DNA from: Candidatus Latescibacterota bacterium
GTDB taxonomy: Bacteria; Latescibacterota; CBDEFO01
DNA: 64,000 nucleotides
NCBI GenBank assembly: GCA_965237525.1
Contig: CBDEFO010000006.1
Coordinates: 1 to 64,000, forward strand
Direction of reading: 5' to 3'
Of the stretch, positions 20,181-29,669 are shown one piece after another. The translations under genes and the position numbers were made by a program. The notes below the pieces were generated by a model, which was given only the letters and a program-made list of their open reading frames with translations, did no database searches and was not told the DNA's origin. Numbering within the stretch: the first letter of the stretch is position 1; each line of letters starts with the position of its first letter.

Positions 20181-21468
20181 TATCAAATGAAATCGGTGCA
20201 CCTAATTTGATCTTTGTTTAGAGTATTAGTAGATTAAGTTGAGTTGATTGTCTTAACTTTAATCTACGGAGTCCTATGGACAAAGAGAGATTGGCCGTAT
20301 TAAGACAAGAAGTCAACGAGATGTATTTTAAGAAAGAAATGTCAAAGCGAGAAGTTATCAAACAAGCGAGAGTTTCCAATGATTTCGTTACGGCTTGGAC
20401 TAAATCTCTGGATCAGGATTTTGCCATGGATAATCGGGGTTGGCCAAAAGGAAAAAGGCGAAAATTGGCTAAAGTTGACGAACAGAGAATCAAAGAGATT
20501 TACCATAGCTTAGAGGACGATCCTTATCAGTTCTATTCAGGAGCCACTGTTATTGAACAAGAATGGAGGAATCGATATTCTAGCACCCCTCCTCCGTCGT
20601 TGCCGACTATCGGCAGAATGCTTTCAGATTTAGGACTTTCCCAGAGAAGGAAGAAAGGTAAAAACAAGGGTGCATCTCGTTATCTTTGTTATCCAGAGTA
20701 TACCATTTACTATCTTTTAGGAGGCAGAGTCCTAGAATCAGACTTTATTGGTAAAAAGTATCTTACCGGCAGAACTGAGCCGGTCAACTTCGTTGGATTT
20801 TCCTTTAAGAAAGAGCCTAAGTTAAGGTATTTTCGGCGGGTTGACGGTCAAACAGCAACTAACTTTATCGAGAAGTGTCAGTCTTTCTTTGACAGGTTTG
20901 AAAAACCAGATTTCGTTAAGGTGGACAATTGCTCGGCGACTATTGGCAGTGTTTCAGGTAAAAGGAATGTCAGCAAAGCAATGCAGTTTCTCTTGAAAAA
21001 TCAAGTGATTCCGATATTTGCCGTTCCCAGAAGGCCCTTTTCTCAAGCATCTATAGAAGGCAACAATTCTGTATTTTCAAGGAAGTTCCGGAACAGAATT
21101 CAGTTCAAAAGCTTACAAGAAGTTGATCAGAAGTTAGAATGGTTTAATCTTTCATCACAGAGATACACCGGCTACCGTCCACCTAAGCAAGAGAAGTCAA
21201 ACGAGAAAGATTTCATTCCCAAGACCTATTTTATCAGACAAGTCAAACAGGACACAGAACAGACAGATAAAGCCTTTATCGATGTCCTAAATGAGAAAGT
21301 ATCTCTTCCCTCCTCTTACACCAACTACTTTGTCCTGGCTGAATGGAACCTAAAAGAAGAACAATTATACATCCATTTTGAAAAAGAACAGAAACCAAAG
21401 ATTGTCGAAAACCTATCATTCAAGATCAATCAAAGATCGAAAGAGAAGTGCACCGATTTCATTTGATA
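20181..21468 (+). mobile_element. Unclassified DDE insertion sequence with perfect 21-bp TIRs and a 2-bp TSD (AA)
   Basis: TATCAAATGAAATCGGTGCAC at 20181-20201 and its reverse complement at 21448-21468. Confidence 0.88.
20276..21466 (+). CDS. Putative DDE transposase (HTH plus RNase-H integrase core)
   Basis: Only long ORF between the TIRs; ESDF / KVDN / SIEGNN candidate triad; stop codon lies within the IRR. Confidence 0.75.
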   Translation: MDKERLAVLRQEVNEMYFKKEMSKREVIKQARVSNDFVTAWTKSLDQDFAMDNRGWPKGKRRKLAKVDEQRIKEIYHSLEDDPYQFYSGATVIEQEWRNRYSSTPPPSLPTIGRMLSDLGLSQRRKKGKNKGASRYLCYPEYTIYYLLGGRVLESDFIGKKYLTGRTEPVNFVGFSFKKEPKLRYFRRVDGQTATNFIEKCQSFFDRFEKPDFVKVDNCSATIGSVSGKRNVSKAMQFLLKNQVIPIFAVPRRPFSQASIEGNNSVFSRKFRNRIQFKSLQEVDQKLEWFNLSSQRYTGYRPPKQEKSNEKDFIPKTYFIRQVKQDTEQTDKAFIDVLNEKVSLPSSYTNYFVLAEWNLKEEQLYIHFEKEQKPKIVENLSFKINQRSKEKCTDFI

Positions 21469-21840
21469 AATAACCCTTACCATCTTTCACTTCGGGGCTT
21501 GACAATTTGACCTCCCTTCTCAAACCCCAATTTGCGAAATATTTGTCGCTCTGTCAAGGGGAGCGGTATGAAACATCCTTGCCCCCAGTCCCACTTTCGG
21601 ATAGCAGCATACACAAGCTTTGCCCTGTCAGACAAACCATCCAGCGATAATACTGAGTCTATGGGCATCTTGGCGAACTGTTCACCTTTCGCATTCTTGC
21701 TGCGTCCATTTTGGGGGTCACCTGCTGCACTGGACCCTACGGACTCGACAGCCATCTTTGCACTCCTTTTTTGTATGGGGGCAGACCAGAGCGTCTGCAA
21801 TAAGCCATATACTGCTCATCTGTATAGCTCACTGCCTTAC

Positions 21841-21869
21841 AATATAATGAATTTCCTTCCTTCTGTCAA
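21841..21869 (-). promoter_or_regulatory. Sigma70 promoter of the initiator gene
   Basis: Minus strand TTGACA-17-TATATT; AGGAG RBS before the ATG at 21755. Confidence 0.65.
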
Positions 21870-22104
21870 GCCCTAGAAGTGTAAGCGAGTGACTGTCGGT
21901 TCGCGAAAGAGCCGTGTTGCTGTCTCTTCAGGTCATTTTTTCAGTGAGATTTACACTCTCCAAGCCCAAGTGTGAAAAAAGTCTTGACACTGTGAAAAAA
22001 AGTGGGTAGCATAGATGGAGGACGGGGGAGTCCCTCCCTACCCCCGATCCCCGATAGAATCATTCGGGGGCTACTGTCTACTGATTTAATATCCGGAAGA
22101 AGCT

Positions 22105-23346
22105 ATGTCAGAGTTCAAAGAAGGCTCCAGCGTCTCTTACGCAGTGGAGCTGAAGTGCAGCAAGTGTGGAAGCGCCTACCCCAGGGAATACATATTGGAG
22201 TGTGGGAGATGCGGCGGGCTTTTGGAGATAGCCTACGATATTGAGGGCTTGAGCGGACTATCTAAGTTCCAACTTTCCGGCGAAGGCATCTGGAGATATG
22301 CGGCATTCTTGCCGATAGACGATCCTGCCAACTTCGTGAGTTTAGGGGAGGGAAGAACTCCCCTCCTGGAGTGTTCCCATCTGGCTAGGACATTTGAAGT
22401 TGAGAGACTTTTAATAAAATTCGATGGCACAAATCCCACGGGAACAGTCAAAGACAGATCCTCCGCAACCGCAGTAGCCGCCGCCCTCCAGTTCGGCTTT
22501 GGAGCAGCGGCTGTGGTGAGTACGGGCAACGCCGGGTCGTCTGTCGCTTCCTACTCATCCAGAGCGGGCATCAGATCCTTTATCTTCTGCTACGCAGAGA
22601 GCGCCATGCCCAAGATGAATCATATGGACGCCTGCGCTACAGATATGATAATCTACAGGGGTGGCTACGACAATATGATAAGGATTTACGACAGAATTGT
22701 CGAGGAGCTCCCGATATTTGACTGTTCTGCCACTCGAAACCCTTACAAGCAGGAGGGTAAAAAGACCATAGCATACGAAATAGCCGAGCAGGTGGAAGGC
22801 TCTATGCCCGACTATCTTGTGTGCCCTGTGGCAGTCGGAGAGACGTTCATCGCAAGCTGGAGAGGACTCAAAGAGTGGCTGGACATAGCCTGGATAGACA
22901 AGATGCCCAGGATGGTCTGCGCTCAGGCAAAAAGGGCTAATCCCATCGTGAGGGCGTTTGCAGAGGGCGGGAAGATAATAAAGCAGGATATAGGCTACAC
23001 AGTCGCAGAGGGCGTGGCTGTGGGAGACCCTGAGCGAAAGGGAGATCGCGTGCTGGAAATACTGCGCTCAGAAAGCGGCATTGCAGGGGATGCCTCAGAT
23101 GAGGAGATACTGAAGATGCAGAGGACATTAGCCCAAAGGGAGGGCATCTGGGCGGGACCCACCGGTTGTGTATCTTTGGCCGTGCTGAAGAATCTCTTGG
23201 ACGAGGGCACGATCCCCAAAGATTCCACAGTCGCATGCATAGTCAGCGAGACAGGGCTCAAAAGCGAACCTGTAAATATAGAGACAGAACCGGTGGAAGC
23301 CGAGTATGAGACTATAAAGGATATTTTGGTAGAGAGGCTAAAGTAG
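22105..23346 (+). CDS. Threonine synthase-like PLP enzyme (fold type II)
   Basis: N-terminal CxxC/CxxC, SLGEGRTPL, NPTGTVKDR, STGNAG, EGKKT. Confidence 0.85.
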   Translation: MSEFKEGSSVSYAVELKCSKCGSAYPREYILECGRCGGLLEIAYDIEGLSGLSKFQLSGEGIWRYAAFLPIDDPANFVSLGEGRTPLLECSHLARTFEVERLLIKFDGTNPTGTVKDRSSATAVAAALQFGFGAAAVVSTGNAGSSVASYSSRAGIRSFIFCYAESAMPKMNHMDACATDMIIYRGGYDNMIRIYDRIVEELPIFDCSATRNPYKQEGKKTIAYEIAEQVEGSMPDYLVCPVAVGETFIASWRGLKEWLDIAWIDKMPRMVCAQAKRANPIVRAFAEGGKIIKQDIGYTVAEGVAVGDPERKGDRVLEILRSESGIAGDASDEEILKMQRTLAQREGIWAGPTGCVSLAVLKNLLDEGTIPKDSTVACIVSETGLKSEPVNIETEPVEAEYETIKDILVERLK

Positions 23347-23550
23347 GGGCGAACCCCATGTGGCGAGTCAGTACAAGGACAGACAAAATGTCTGTCCTAC
23401 CCTGCCACTTGGTGGGTCAGACATTCCCCCCGATTTAATCGGGGGCTGACAATTGTCTGGAAGAAACAAAGAATTGTCCAGAATAAAGCTCTGACTCTTA
23501 GGCGTTACACTAAGCTAGCAGACTGCGGGCAAGGAGAGGAAGTCTAAGTC

Positions 23551-23626
23551 AGATTGCTTCGCTTCGCTTGCAATGACAGTTTACGTTACCGGGGTCATTC
23601 CGAGGGGCTTCATCCCGAAGCAATCT
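23551..23626. repeat. GTCATTGCGAG / GAGATTGC...GCAATGAC palindrome family (also 24843-25003, 43027-43154, 49899-49932, partial at 13163)
   Basis: Recurrent paired motifs GAGATTGCTTCG..GCAATGAC and GTCATT.CGAG..GCAATC. Confidence 0.8.
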
Positions 23627-23683
23627 CGTGGGATGGGAAGCGATTCGCCGGCTACTCTCCACTCGTCCGGAAGGAAGAGAACA

Positions 23684-24760
23684 ATGGCCAGAATAAAGAT
23701 CGGACTCTTAGGCGTTACACATCCGCATTCGCACGGGCACAAAAGGACGCTCGACCTTATGGACGAGGTGGAGTCCGTCATCCTCTACGATGAGAACGAG
23801 AAGGACTTGGTTAAGTTCCGAGATGAATTCGAATTCAAGGTGGAGGATGTCTACACCGATCTGGATTCCCTTCTTGCAAGAGACGACGTTGATATGATCT
23901 TTGTCGCCCTCAGGAATGAGGTGGCCGGAGACGCTATCTTTAAAGCGGCAGAGGCAAAAAAGCACATCATGGCGGAAAAGCCAACCGCTAATAACTCCCG
24001 GACCATAAGGCGAAATATTGAAGAGGTCAATAAATCAGGAGTCTGCATGGGCGTGTGCTATCCGTGGCGATCTCATCCGCTGTGCAAAGAGATAAGGAGA
24101 TTGGTAGAGGAGGGCTATTTAGGGAGGATTATGGCCATGGAGGCCAGAATGATCACATCTCAGGTCAAGTTTCGAGATCCCACGCACTGGCTCTTCAAAA
24201 AGAGCATCTCAGGGGGAGGGATACTGTCGTGGCTTGGCTGCCACTGGTTCGATCAGATGAGGTTTATGCTCCAGGACGAAGTTGAAGCTGTCTCGGCCAT
24301 CGTGGCGACCCTGGGCTGCGAAGATATAGACGTTGAGGACACGGCATCTGTGTCCTTGAGGTTCAAAAGCGGAGCACTCGGGACGATGCAGGCGGGATAT
24401 ATGCTCCCAAGCAGTACAGCAGGCTACCACGGAGCCTCATACGATACGTTTATAACTATCAAGGGGGACCTGGGAAACATATCCTGGGATCTCCAGAACC
24501 CAGAGGTGTCTTTGAAAGTAGAAAGCGCAAAAGATGAGTGGAAAGCGGCTCCGGTGCGGGAATTTAGCTATACTATGGCCCAGAGTGAAGCTTACGGGAG
24601 CATGCACGGACTGCAGTTCATGAGGGAGTTTGTAAGGGCTGCGATGACGGGAGATGTCGAACCTCCCTCGAGCGGAGAGGACGCACTAAGAGTCATGGAG
24701 ATTGTGGAGGCCGCATACGAGTCGAGCCAAAAAGGGAGATTAGTGCATTTACCTATCTAA
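23684..24760 (+). CDS. Gfo/Idh/MocA oxidoreductase
   Basis: KHIMAEKP, GGGILSWLGCHWFD, VEDTA. Confidence 0.9.
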   Translation: MARIKIGLLGVTHPHSHGHKRTLDLMDEVESVILYDENEKDLVKFRDEFEFKVEDVYTDLDSLLARDDVDMIFVALRNEVAGDAIFKAAEAKKHIMAEKPTANNSRTIRRNIEEVNKSGVCMGVCYPWRSHPLCKEIRRLVEEGYLGRIMAMEARMITSQVKFRDPTHWLFKKSISGGGILSWLGCHWFDQMRFMLQDEVEAVSAIVATLGCEDIDVEDTASVSLRFKSGALGTMQAGYMLPSSTAGYHGASYDTFITIKGDLGNISWDLQNPEVSLKVESAKDEWKAAPVREFSYTMAQSEAYGSMHGLQFMREFVRAAMTGDVEPPSSGEDALRVMEIVEAAYESSQKGRLVHLPI

Positions 24761-25088
24761 CCCGAACAATTCACAAAAAAAGGCCGTGTATTAATTAAGG
24801 GATTGTATTATATTATAGTTATGCCGTTTAATCACCTTCGGTGTCATTGCGAGCCGAAGGCGCAGCAATCCCCCCGATAGATTTAATCGGGGGTCACTGT
24901 GGTAGACGTAATACTCTCCGGCTCTCATAGGAGACCACTATAAAACCTTGAGATTGCTTCCCCGATAGACTCAATCGGGGACCGCTTTGCTCCTCGCAAT
25001 GACTCCACCAAGTTTATGAATTATTCGGGCTAAAGTAATGATAAAGATCAAAGCCAAGTACGTCATCACAGGTTAGGAGGGACTTTTT

Positions 25089-25313
25089 ATGAGACAATTC
25101 AAGATTATCGTAGAAAAACATCCTGATAGTTACGTGGCTTATCCTTTGGGGATTAAGGGTGTTGTGGTTGGACAGGGCGATACCTATGAGGAAGCCCTTT
25201 CCGATGTCACATCGGCAATCCGTTTTCACATTGAGAGCTTTGGAGAAGGAGTTCTCGATCTCGAACCGCCGATACTTGAGGCATTCGTTGCCGAAGCAGG
25301 CATTGATGTCTAA
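25089..25313 (+). CDS. hicB: HicB-family antitoxin
   Basis: YVAY...GQGDTYEEAL; AGGAGG RBS; TAATG coupling to hicA. Confidence 0.85.
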   Translation: MRQFKIIVEKHPDSYVAYPLGIKGVVVGQGDTYEEALSDVTSAIRFHIESFGEGVLDLEPPILEAFVAEAGIDV

Positions 25314-25552
25314 TGGCAAAGTTTCCTGTTGATGCACCCAAGCGGAGGGTGATCAAGACATTAGAGATTTTGGGATTTCGGATTGTACATGAAAGAGAGC
25401 ACATCTCTATGTTGCGCGAGAATCCCGATGGGAGCAAAAGACCTTTGACGCTACCCAATCATCCGAAGATAAAGGCCTCTACTCTCAGAACAATTTGTAC
25501 CCAAGCGCGTATTTCAAGGGAAGAGTTCTTGGAAGCATACGAAGAGAAGTAG
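25313..25552 (+). CDS. hicA: HicA-family toxin
   Basis: LEILGF..EREH, LTLPNHP.I..STLRTI. Confidence 0.85.
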   Translation: MAKFPVDAPKRRVIKTLEILGFRIVHEREHISMLRENPDGSKRPLTLPNHPKIKASTLRTICTQARISREEFLEAYEEK

Positions 25553-25574
25553 CCTTAGGGCAGGAGCAAACACA

Positions 25575-26474
25575 ATGAAACTGGTTCAATTTTATCTGCC
25601 GAATTCCGGGGTCAGAACAGGGCTACTGGAAGGCAATACTATAAAGGACATAACCTCAGTTGACCCGGGACTTGGGAGAGTGGACGAAATCTTGCAGATA
25701 AGCTACGAAGATGATGTGGCAATTGAGGAGGTTGTAGAGGGTGCTCTGAAGGGCAAAGACGCTGATGAATTCTCCTACCATGAACTGAACGTCGCCCCCG
25801 ATAGTTCCAAAGCCTATCTTGAGATTCCGCTATATCCGCCTGAAGTCTGGGCATTCGGAGTGACGTACAAGAGGAGCGCGGACGAAAGGGATAAGGACGC
25901 TCAAGAGGACATATACACCAGAGTCTATCACAGCCAAAGGCCAGAACTCTTCTTCAAAGCCACTCCCCAAAGGTGCGTCGGCCCCAACGGCTACATCTGC
26001 ATACGCAGCGACTCCAGTATCACAGCCGTAGAAGCTGAATTGGCCTACGTCCTGGGAAAAGATGGCCAGATTGTCGGGTACACCATCTGCAACGACGTTT
26101 CCGCGTGGGACATAGAGAGGGACAATCCCCTCTATCTCCCTCAGTCCAAGATATATCTGGGCTGCTGTGCCCTGGGACCTGTACTTGTAACTTCGTCTGA
26201 GATAGAAGATCCCTACGATCTGAATATCTCATGCCGCATATTCAAAGGCGGGAAGATGGCGTTTGAGGAATCCGTCAGTTCTTCTCTCTTAGACAGGAAA
26301 TTGGAGGAGCTGACCGAATATCTACTAAGGGATAACTATATACCGCTGGGGACTGCCGTATCAACCGGCACGGGGATAATGGTTCCCAACAACCTTGCCC
26401 TTGAGGAGGGCGACCGCGTGGAGATAGAGATAGAGAATATAGGCGTCCTTTCCAATCCTGTGAGACAGCTTTGA
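25575..26474 (+). CDS. Fumarylacetoacetate hydrolase family protein (2-keto-3-deoxy-pentonate dehydratase-like)
   Basis: EVWAFGVTY.RS, RPELFFK, EAEL, NDVSAWDIE.DNPLYLPQSK, TGTG. Confidence 0.9.
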   Translation: MKLVQFYLPNSGVRTGLLEGNTIKDITSVDPGLGRVDEILQISYEDDVAIEEVVEGALKGKDADEFSYHELNVAPDSSKAYLEIPLYPPEVWAFGVTYKRSADERDKDAQEDIYTRVYHSQRPELFFKATPQRCVGPNGYICIRSDSSITAVEAELAYVLGKDGQIVGYTICNDVSAWDIERDNPLYLPQSKIYLGCCALGPVLVTSSEIEDPYDLNISCRIFKGGKMAFEESVSSSLLDRKLEELTEYLLRDNYIPLGTAVSTGTGIMVPNNLALEEGDRVEIEIENIGVLSNPVRQL

Positions 26475-26627
26475 TCATAGGTCGCCTCAAGTTAGGATCC
26501 AATGTAGGGGCGATCCCCAATTGAATCCCCGATAGACTCAATTGGGAACGTGCCTACTATTGTGCATTTCTATAGTTTGTACGTACTATTATGACCTGAA
26601 CAGTAGCTTCTCGAAAGTGAAATCTCT

Positions 26628-27095
26628 ATGAAAAAAGTATGGTTATTTGCTGGGGCATCCGCAGGCTTGGTGGTTATTGTCCTCGTATTAGCAAAGCTTT
26701 CAGGAGAGCCGGAGCACGCGACCCCACTTGAGACGGGAGAATGGAACTTCAGGGCTCTGGGATGCACGTCGTGCCACAGCGTAAATGGAAGAGGAGGAAA
26801 AAAAGCTCCCGCTCTGACGCACGTGGCCACCAAGATACAGAATCGCCTGAATTCAAAGGAATACTGGGCCAGGGTAGAAAAGATAAAGGAGAGTAACAGC
26901 AGGATATATCAAAGGCATAAAGACACCTATGCTCAGCTTGGAGAAAAGCAGGGAAAGGAGAAGGTAAGGCTATGGTTCTTGACGTATCTGAAGGATCCCA
27001 AGTTCGATAATCCCGAAGCAAAGATGCCGAGCTACCTTACCGTTCCCCAGGAGCGTCTGAATTCTACAGTGGATTATCTTATGAGTCTGAAATAG
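26628..27095 (+). CDS. Membrane-anchored monoheme cytochrome c
   Basis: N-terminal TM, CTSCH, GGKKAPAL, KMP Met ligand. Confidence 0.85.
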   Translation: MKKVWLFAGASAGLVVIVLVLAKLSGEPEHATPLETGEWNFRALGCTSCHSVNGRGGKKAPALTHVATKIQNRLNSKEYWARVEKIKESNSRIYQRHKDTYAQLGEKQGKEKVRLWFLTYLKDPKFDNPEAKMPSYLTVPQERLNSTVDYLMSLK

Positions 27096-27169
27096 CTATT
27101 GTAGAGCGTCTTCTCAAATGGAACATAGTCAAAAGATGTCGAAAGCGGCGACTCCTGCAAGATCAAGTC

Positions 27170-28324
27170 TCAGGCGAACACTGAGATCTCCCTGAGTCTT
27201 TTGACTATGGGAGAAAGCACGCTTACTGTGTATTCTATGTCCTCAAGAGTGTTGTCCCTTCCGAGGCTGAAACGAACGGAGCACTCGGCAAGGCGAGGTT
27301 CGAGGCCCATAGCCAGTAGGACGTGCGAGGGTTGCTCGACTCCCGCGCTGCAGGCCGATCCGCTGGAAAGAGCAACGCCTTCCAGATCGAGGCTTATTAT
27401 GAGAGATTCGCCTTCTGCGGCAGTAAAGGAGAGATTCAGCGTATTCGGCAGAGAATTTTCAAGGGACCCGTTGAGTATCACATCTCCTATCTCATCGGTT
27501 ATGAGTCTATAGAGCCTCTCTTTTAGAGCTTTCAGCCGCTTAGATTCGGCATCCATGTCTTCAAGACATAGCTCGGCGGCCCTGCCGAGTCCTGCTATAG
27601 CGGGCACGTTTTCCGTGCCTGCCCTTTTATTGCCTTCATGTTCTCCGCCGTGCGAAAGGGGCGTTAGCTTTATTCCCTCCCTGATATAGAGAGCGCCGAT
27701 CCCTTTCGGGCCATAGATCTTGTGCCCTGAAAGAGAGAGGAGGTCTATGTTCATCTGCTCCACATCTATCGGGAGTTTGGCAAAGGACTGCACAGCGTCT
27801 GTGTGAAACGGGATGCCCCTTTCTCTTGCTATCCGGCCTATCTGGCTTACGGGCTGAATGGCCCCGACTTCGTTGTTGGCGTGCATTAAGGTGATCAGGA
27901 CGGTATCGTCTCTTATGGCGTTTTTGAGGTCGTCCGGGTCCACAACAGCGTCTCTGTCCACAGGGAGATACGTAACCTCGAAGCCCTCCTTTTCGAGGTA
28001 CTCGCACGAGTGAAGAACGGCGTGGTGTTCTGCTGAGCTTGTGATTATGTGCTTTCCCCTATCTCTGTTATATAAGGCTGTGCCCTTTATGGCCAGGTTG
28101 TCGGACTCGGTACCTCCGCTCGTGAAGTATATCTCCCCAAAGTTAGCGTTTATGGCATTGGCTATGGTCTCGCGAGACTCATCTACTGCGGCTCTGGCAT
28201 CTCTCCCGAAGACGTGTATGCTGGAGGCGTTGCCGTAGTGCTCCCTGTAGTATAAGAGCATAGCCTCCAGAGCCTCCGGATGCACAGGTGTTGTAGCGTT
28301 GTGATCTAAATAGACCCTTCTCAA
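27170..28324 (-). CDS. iscS: Cysteine desulfurase (IscS/NifS group I)
   Basis: YLDHNATT, GNASS.H, SGGTESDN, HTDAVQ, SGHKIYGPKG, SSGSAC. Confidence 0.9.
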   Translation of the reverse strand: MRRVYLDHNATTPVHPEALEAMLLYYREHYGNASSIHVFGRDARAAVDESRETIANAINANFGEIYFTSGGTESDNLAIKGTALYNRDRGKHIITSSAEHHAVLHSCEYLEKEGFEVTYLPVDRDAVVDPDDLKNAIRDDTVLITLMHANNEVGAIQPVSQIGRIARERGIPFHTDAVQSFAKLPIDVEQMNIDLLSLSGHKIYGPKGIGALYIREGIKLTPLSHGGEHEGNKRAGTENVPAIAGLGRAAELCLEDMDAESKRLKALKERLYRLITDEIGDVILNGSLENSLPNTLNLSFTAAEGESLIISLDLEGVALSSGSACSAGVEQPSHVLLAMGLEPRLAECSVRFSLGRDNTLEDIEYTVSVLSPIVKRLREISVFA

Positions 28325-28402
28325 TTCCTTATCCCCCCTGTCGACGATATATCTATAAGATGCCGTAATAAGGGCGAACACGTGGGTTCGCCCCTACATT
28401 CA

Positions 28403-28444
28403 TCCCCTTTAGTCCCCCCTTATTAAGGGGGGACTAAAGGGGGG
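28403..28444. repeat. CCCCCTT(T)AGTCCCCCTT palindrome family (also 33202-33231)
   Basis: CCCCTTTAGTCCCCCTTATTAAGGGGGGACTAAAGGGG hairpin. Confidence 0.75.
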
Positions 28445-28489
28445 TCAGCAGACCCATGTGTCTGCCCTCATGGCAACCTTTTACCCTTT

Positions 28490-29530
28490 TTAATCTTTGT
28501 CCTTTTTGTACAACTGCGTCTCTGGATGAAAGTCGTACCAGGCGAACCAATAGACGTTCATATGGGGAATCCGTTCGAGGCTTTCGCCTGCTGTGTTCCT
28601 GCCGGTTACGAGGTTCCAGAGGTTCCCGGTGTTACTATCGCTGGCTGTTGAACCCTCTGTGATTTCGTCAAATGCCAACAGTTGCCCGTCAAACGCCCCG
28701 TCATATACCGCCGTCGCGTTTGAATCTTCGTCGTAAAAGACGATGAGCCTCCTTCCGGAAAACTCGTCCCGTATAGTCGTGGTCTTTCTGAAGGCCTTAA
28801 AGGGATATGCCTTGTAATGACCGTCAACTACAACGCCTATCACCATATCCTTGGAGCCGACGCGGCGATCTCTATTTTGAGGCGACCTTAGCCCTGTCCT
28901 TCCCGAGCGATGGTAGTCCTCGTAAGAATCGTACCTTGAATCTGACCTCCCATTTACGACCAGCACCTGCGTTTCCGGGTACGCATTTATCCAGTCTTGC
29001 CATCTCATCTTGGGCATAGCGGCCAGCATCTTGAGCTGTCTGCCCACCAGAGGCCCGTCTATGGCTTTGCCTGTGAGCTGGGACCATAGAGTTTCGGTCT
29101 GATGATCGTACATAACAAGACCATTCTTGTAGAGCTTTCCGGAGACTCCGAACGTATATGTACCTCCTTCAAGTCTTCGGCTATAGACTATAGCCGTGCC
29201 GCAGAGCGGTCACCACGTTGTGGCTATTTCCTCTCCACCTACAACGTCATTTACAATTTCGTGGCGGTTGAGGATGTTCATAGAATAGGCGTGGCTTTCG
29301 TCGTTGAAAGTGACTCCTATAAAGGGTGAGTCGCCTTCGACCTCAGCCTCCTTCGCAGAGATAAATCCGGGATCTGTGATAGCCGGGATTGCGTCCTTGG
29401 GGAGGACATATACTATATTTCTGTTCCTGGCCTCAGATAGAGAGACGAAACATATGGTCGCAGCGCCTGAGATCAGCAGAAGAAGGGCCAACAGCAACTT
29501 TACCGGGAGGGATAGCAGAACTTGAAGCAT
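28490..29530 (-). CDS. DUF3179-family selenoprotein (in-frame UGA at 29210-29212, U-P-L-C)
   Basis: ORFs 29530-29210 and 29113-28490 share a frame with no other stop between; KDAIPAI, HEIVND, TW-U-PLC, FGVSGKLY, MYD.QT.TLWSQ. Confidence 0.88.
29178..29196 (-). promoter_or_regulatory. Candidate bacterial SECIS hairpin
   Basis: CGGCUAUA-GUC-UAUAGCCG starting 13 nt after the UGA, with G first in the loop. Confidence 0.65.
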
Positions 29531-29669
29531 ATTATTTCTCCTTAACTTGGAAAGTTAATCGTCCCTCCCGGCAAAGGACGCTCTTTGGACTGACGTTCAA
29601 ATCTATTGTACTTAGACGTTGGTGTGATCATATAGTTTCAGACCCTATGAATCCGTAGGCACATTTTCC

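Larger units (their letters stand above)
19886..21505 (-). pseudogene. IS3 OrfA (HTH), interrupted by the nested IS
   Basis: Rejoined LSSPEVKDGKGY|STGKRWTATRKVEVVL..VSEVCRKNGIS; A-run near the orfA/orfB junction. Confidence 0.8.
18997..21570 (-). mobile_element. IS3-family element with 4-bp TSD AAAC, carrying a nested IS
   Basis: Imperfect TIRs TGTACTGCCCCCCTGGAAAGCGACA / CATACCGCTCCCCTTGACAGAGCGACA; AAAC at 18993-18996 and 21571-21574. Confidence 0.85.
17999..21755 (-). pseudogene. Phage/plasmid-type replication initiator (N-terminal winged HTH, internal repeats, C-terminal DnaA domain-I-like region), split by an IS3
   Basis: Removing 18997-21570 plus one AAAC rejoins GQGC|FAGHKNIAEVL..STVKRGVKEL in frame (1179 nt); SYMTWF..LNVPNRFMADFI..NY resembles DnaA_N. 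Confidence 0.8.

Noticed and set aside
20179..21470. IS630-type TA target duplication for the nested IS
   Set aside because: Excision leaving one TA does not restore the IS3 orfA frame, whereas leaving one AA does.
17999..21755. Prophage
   Set aside because: No structural, lysis, terminase or phage integrase genes flank the initiator.
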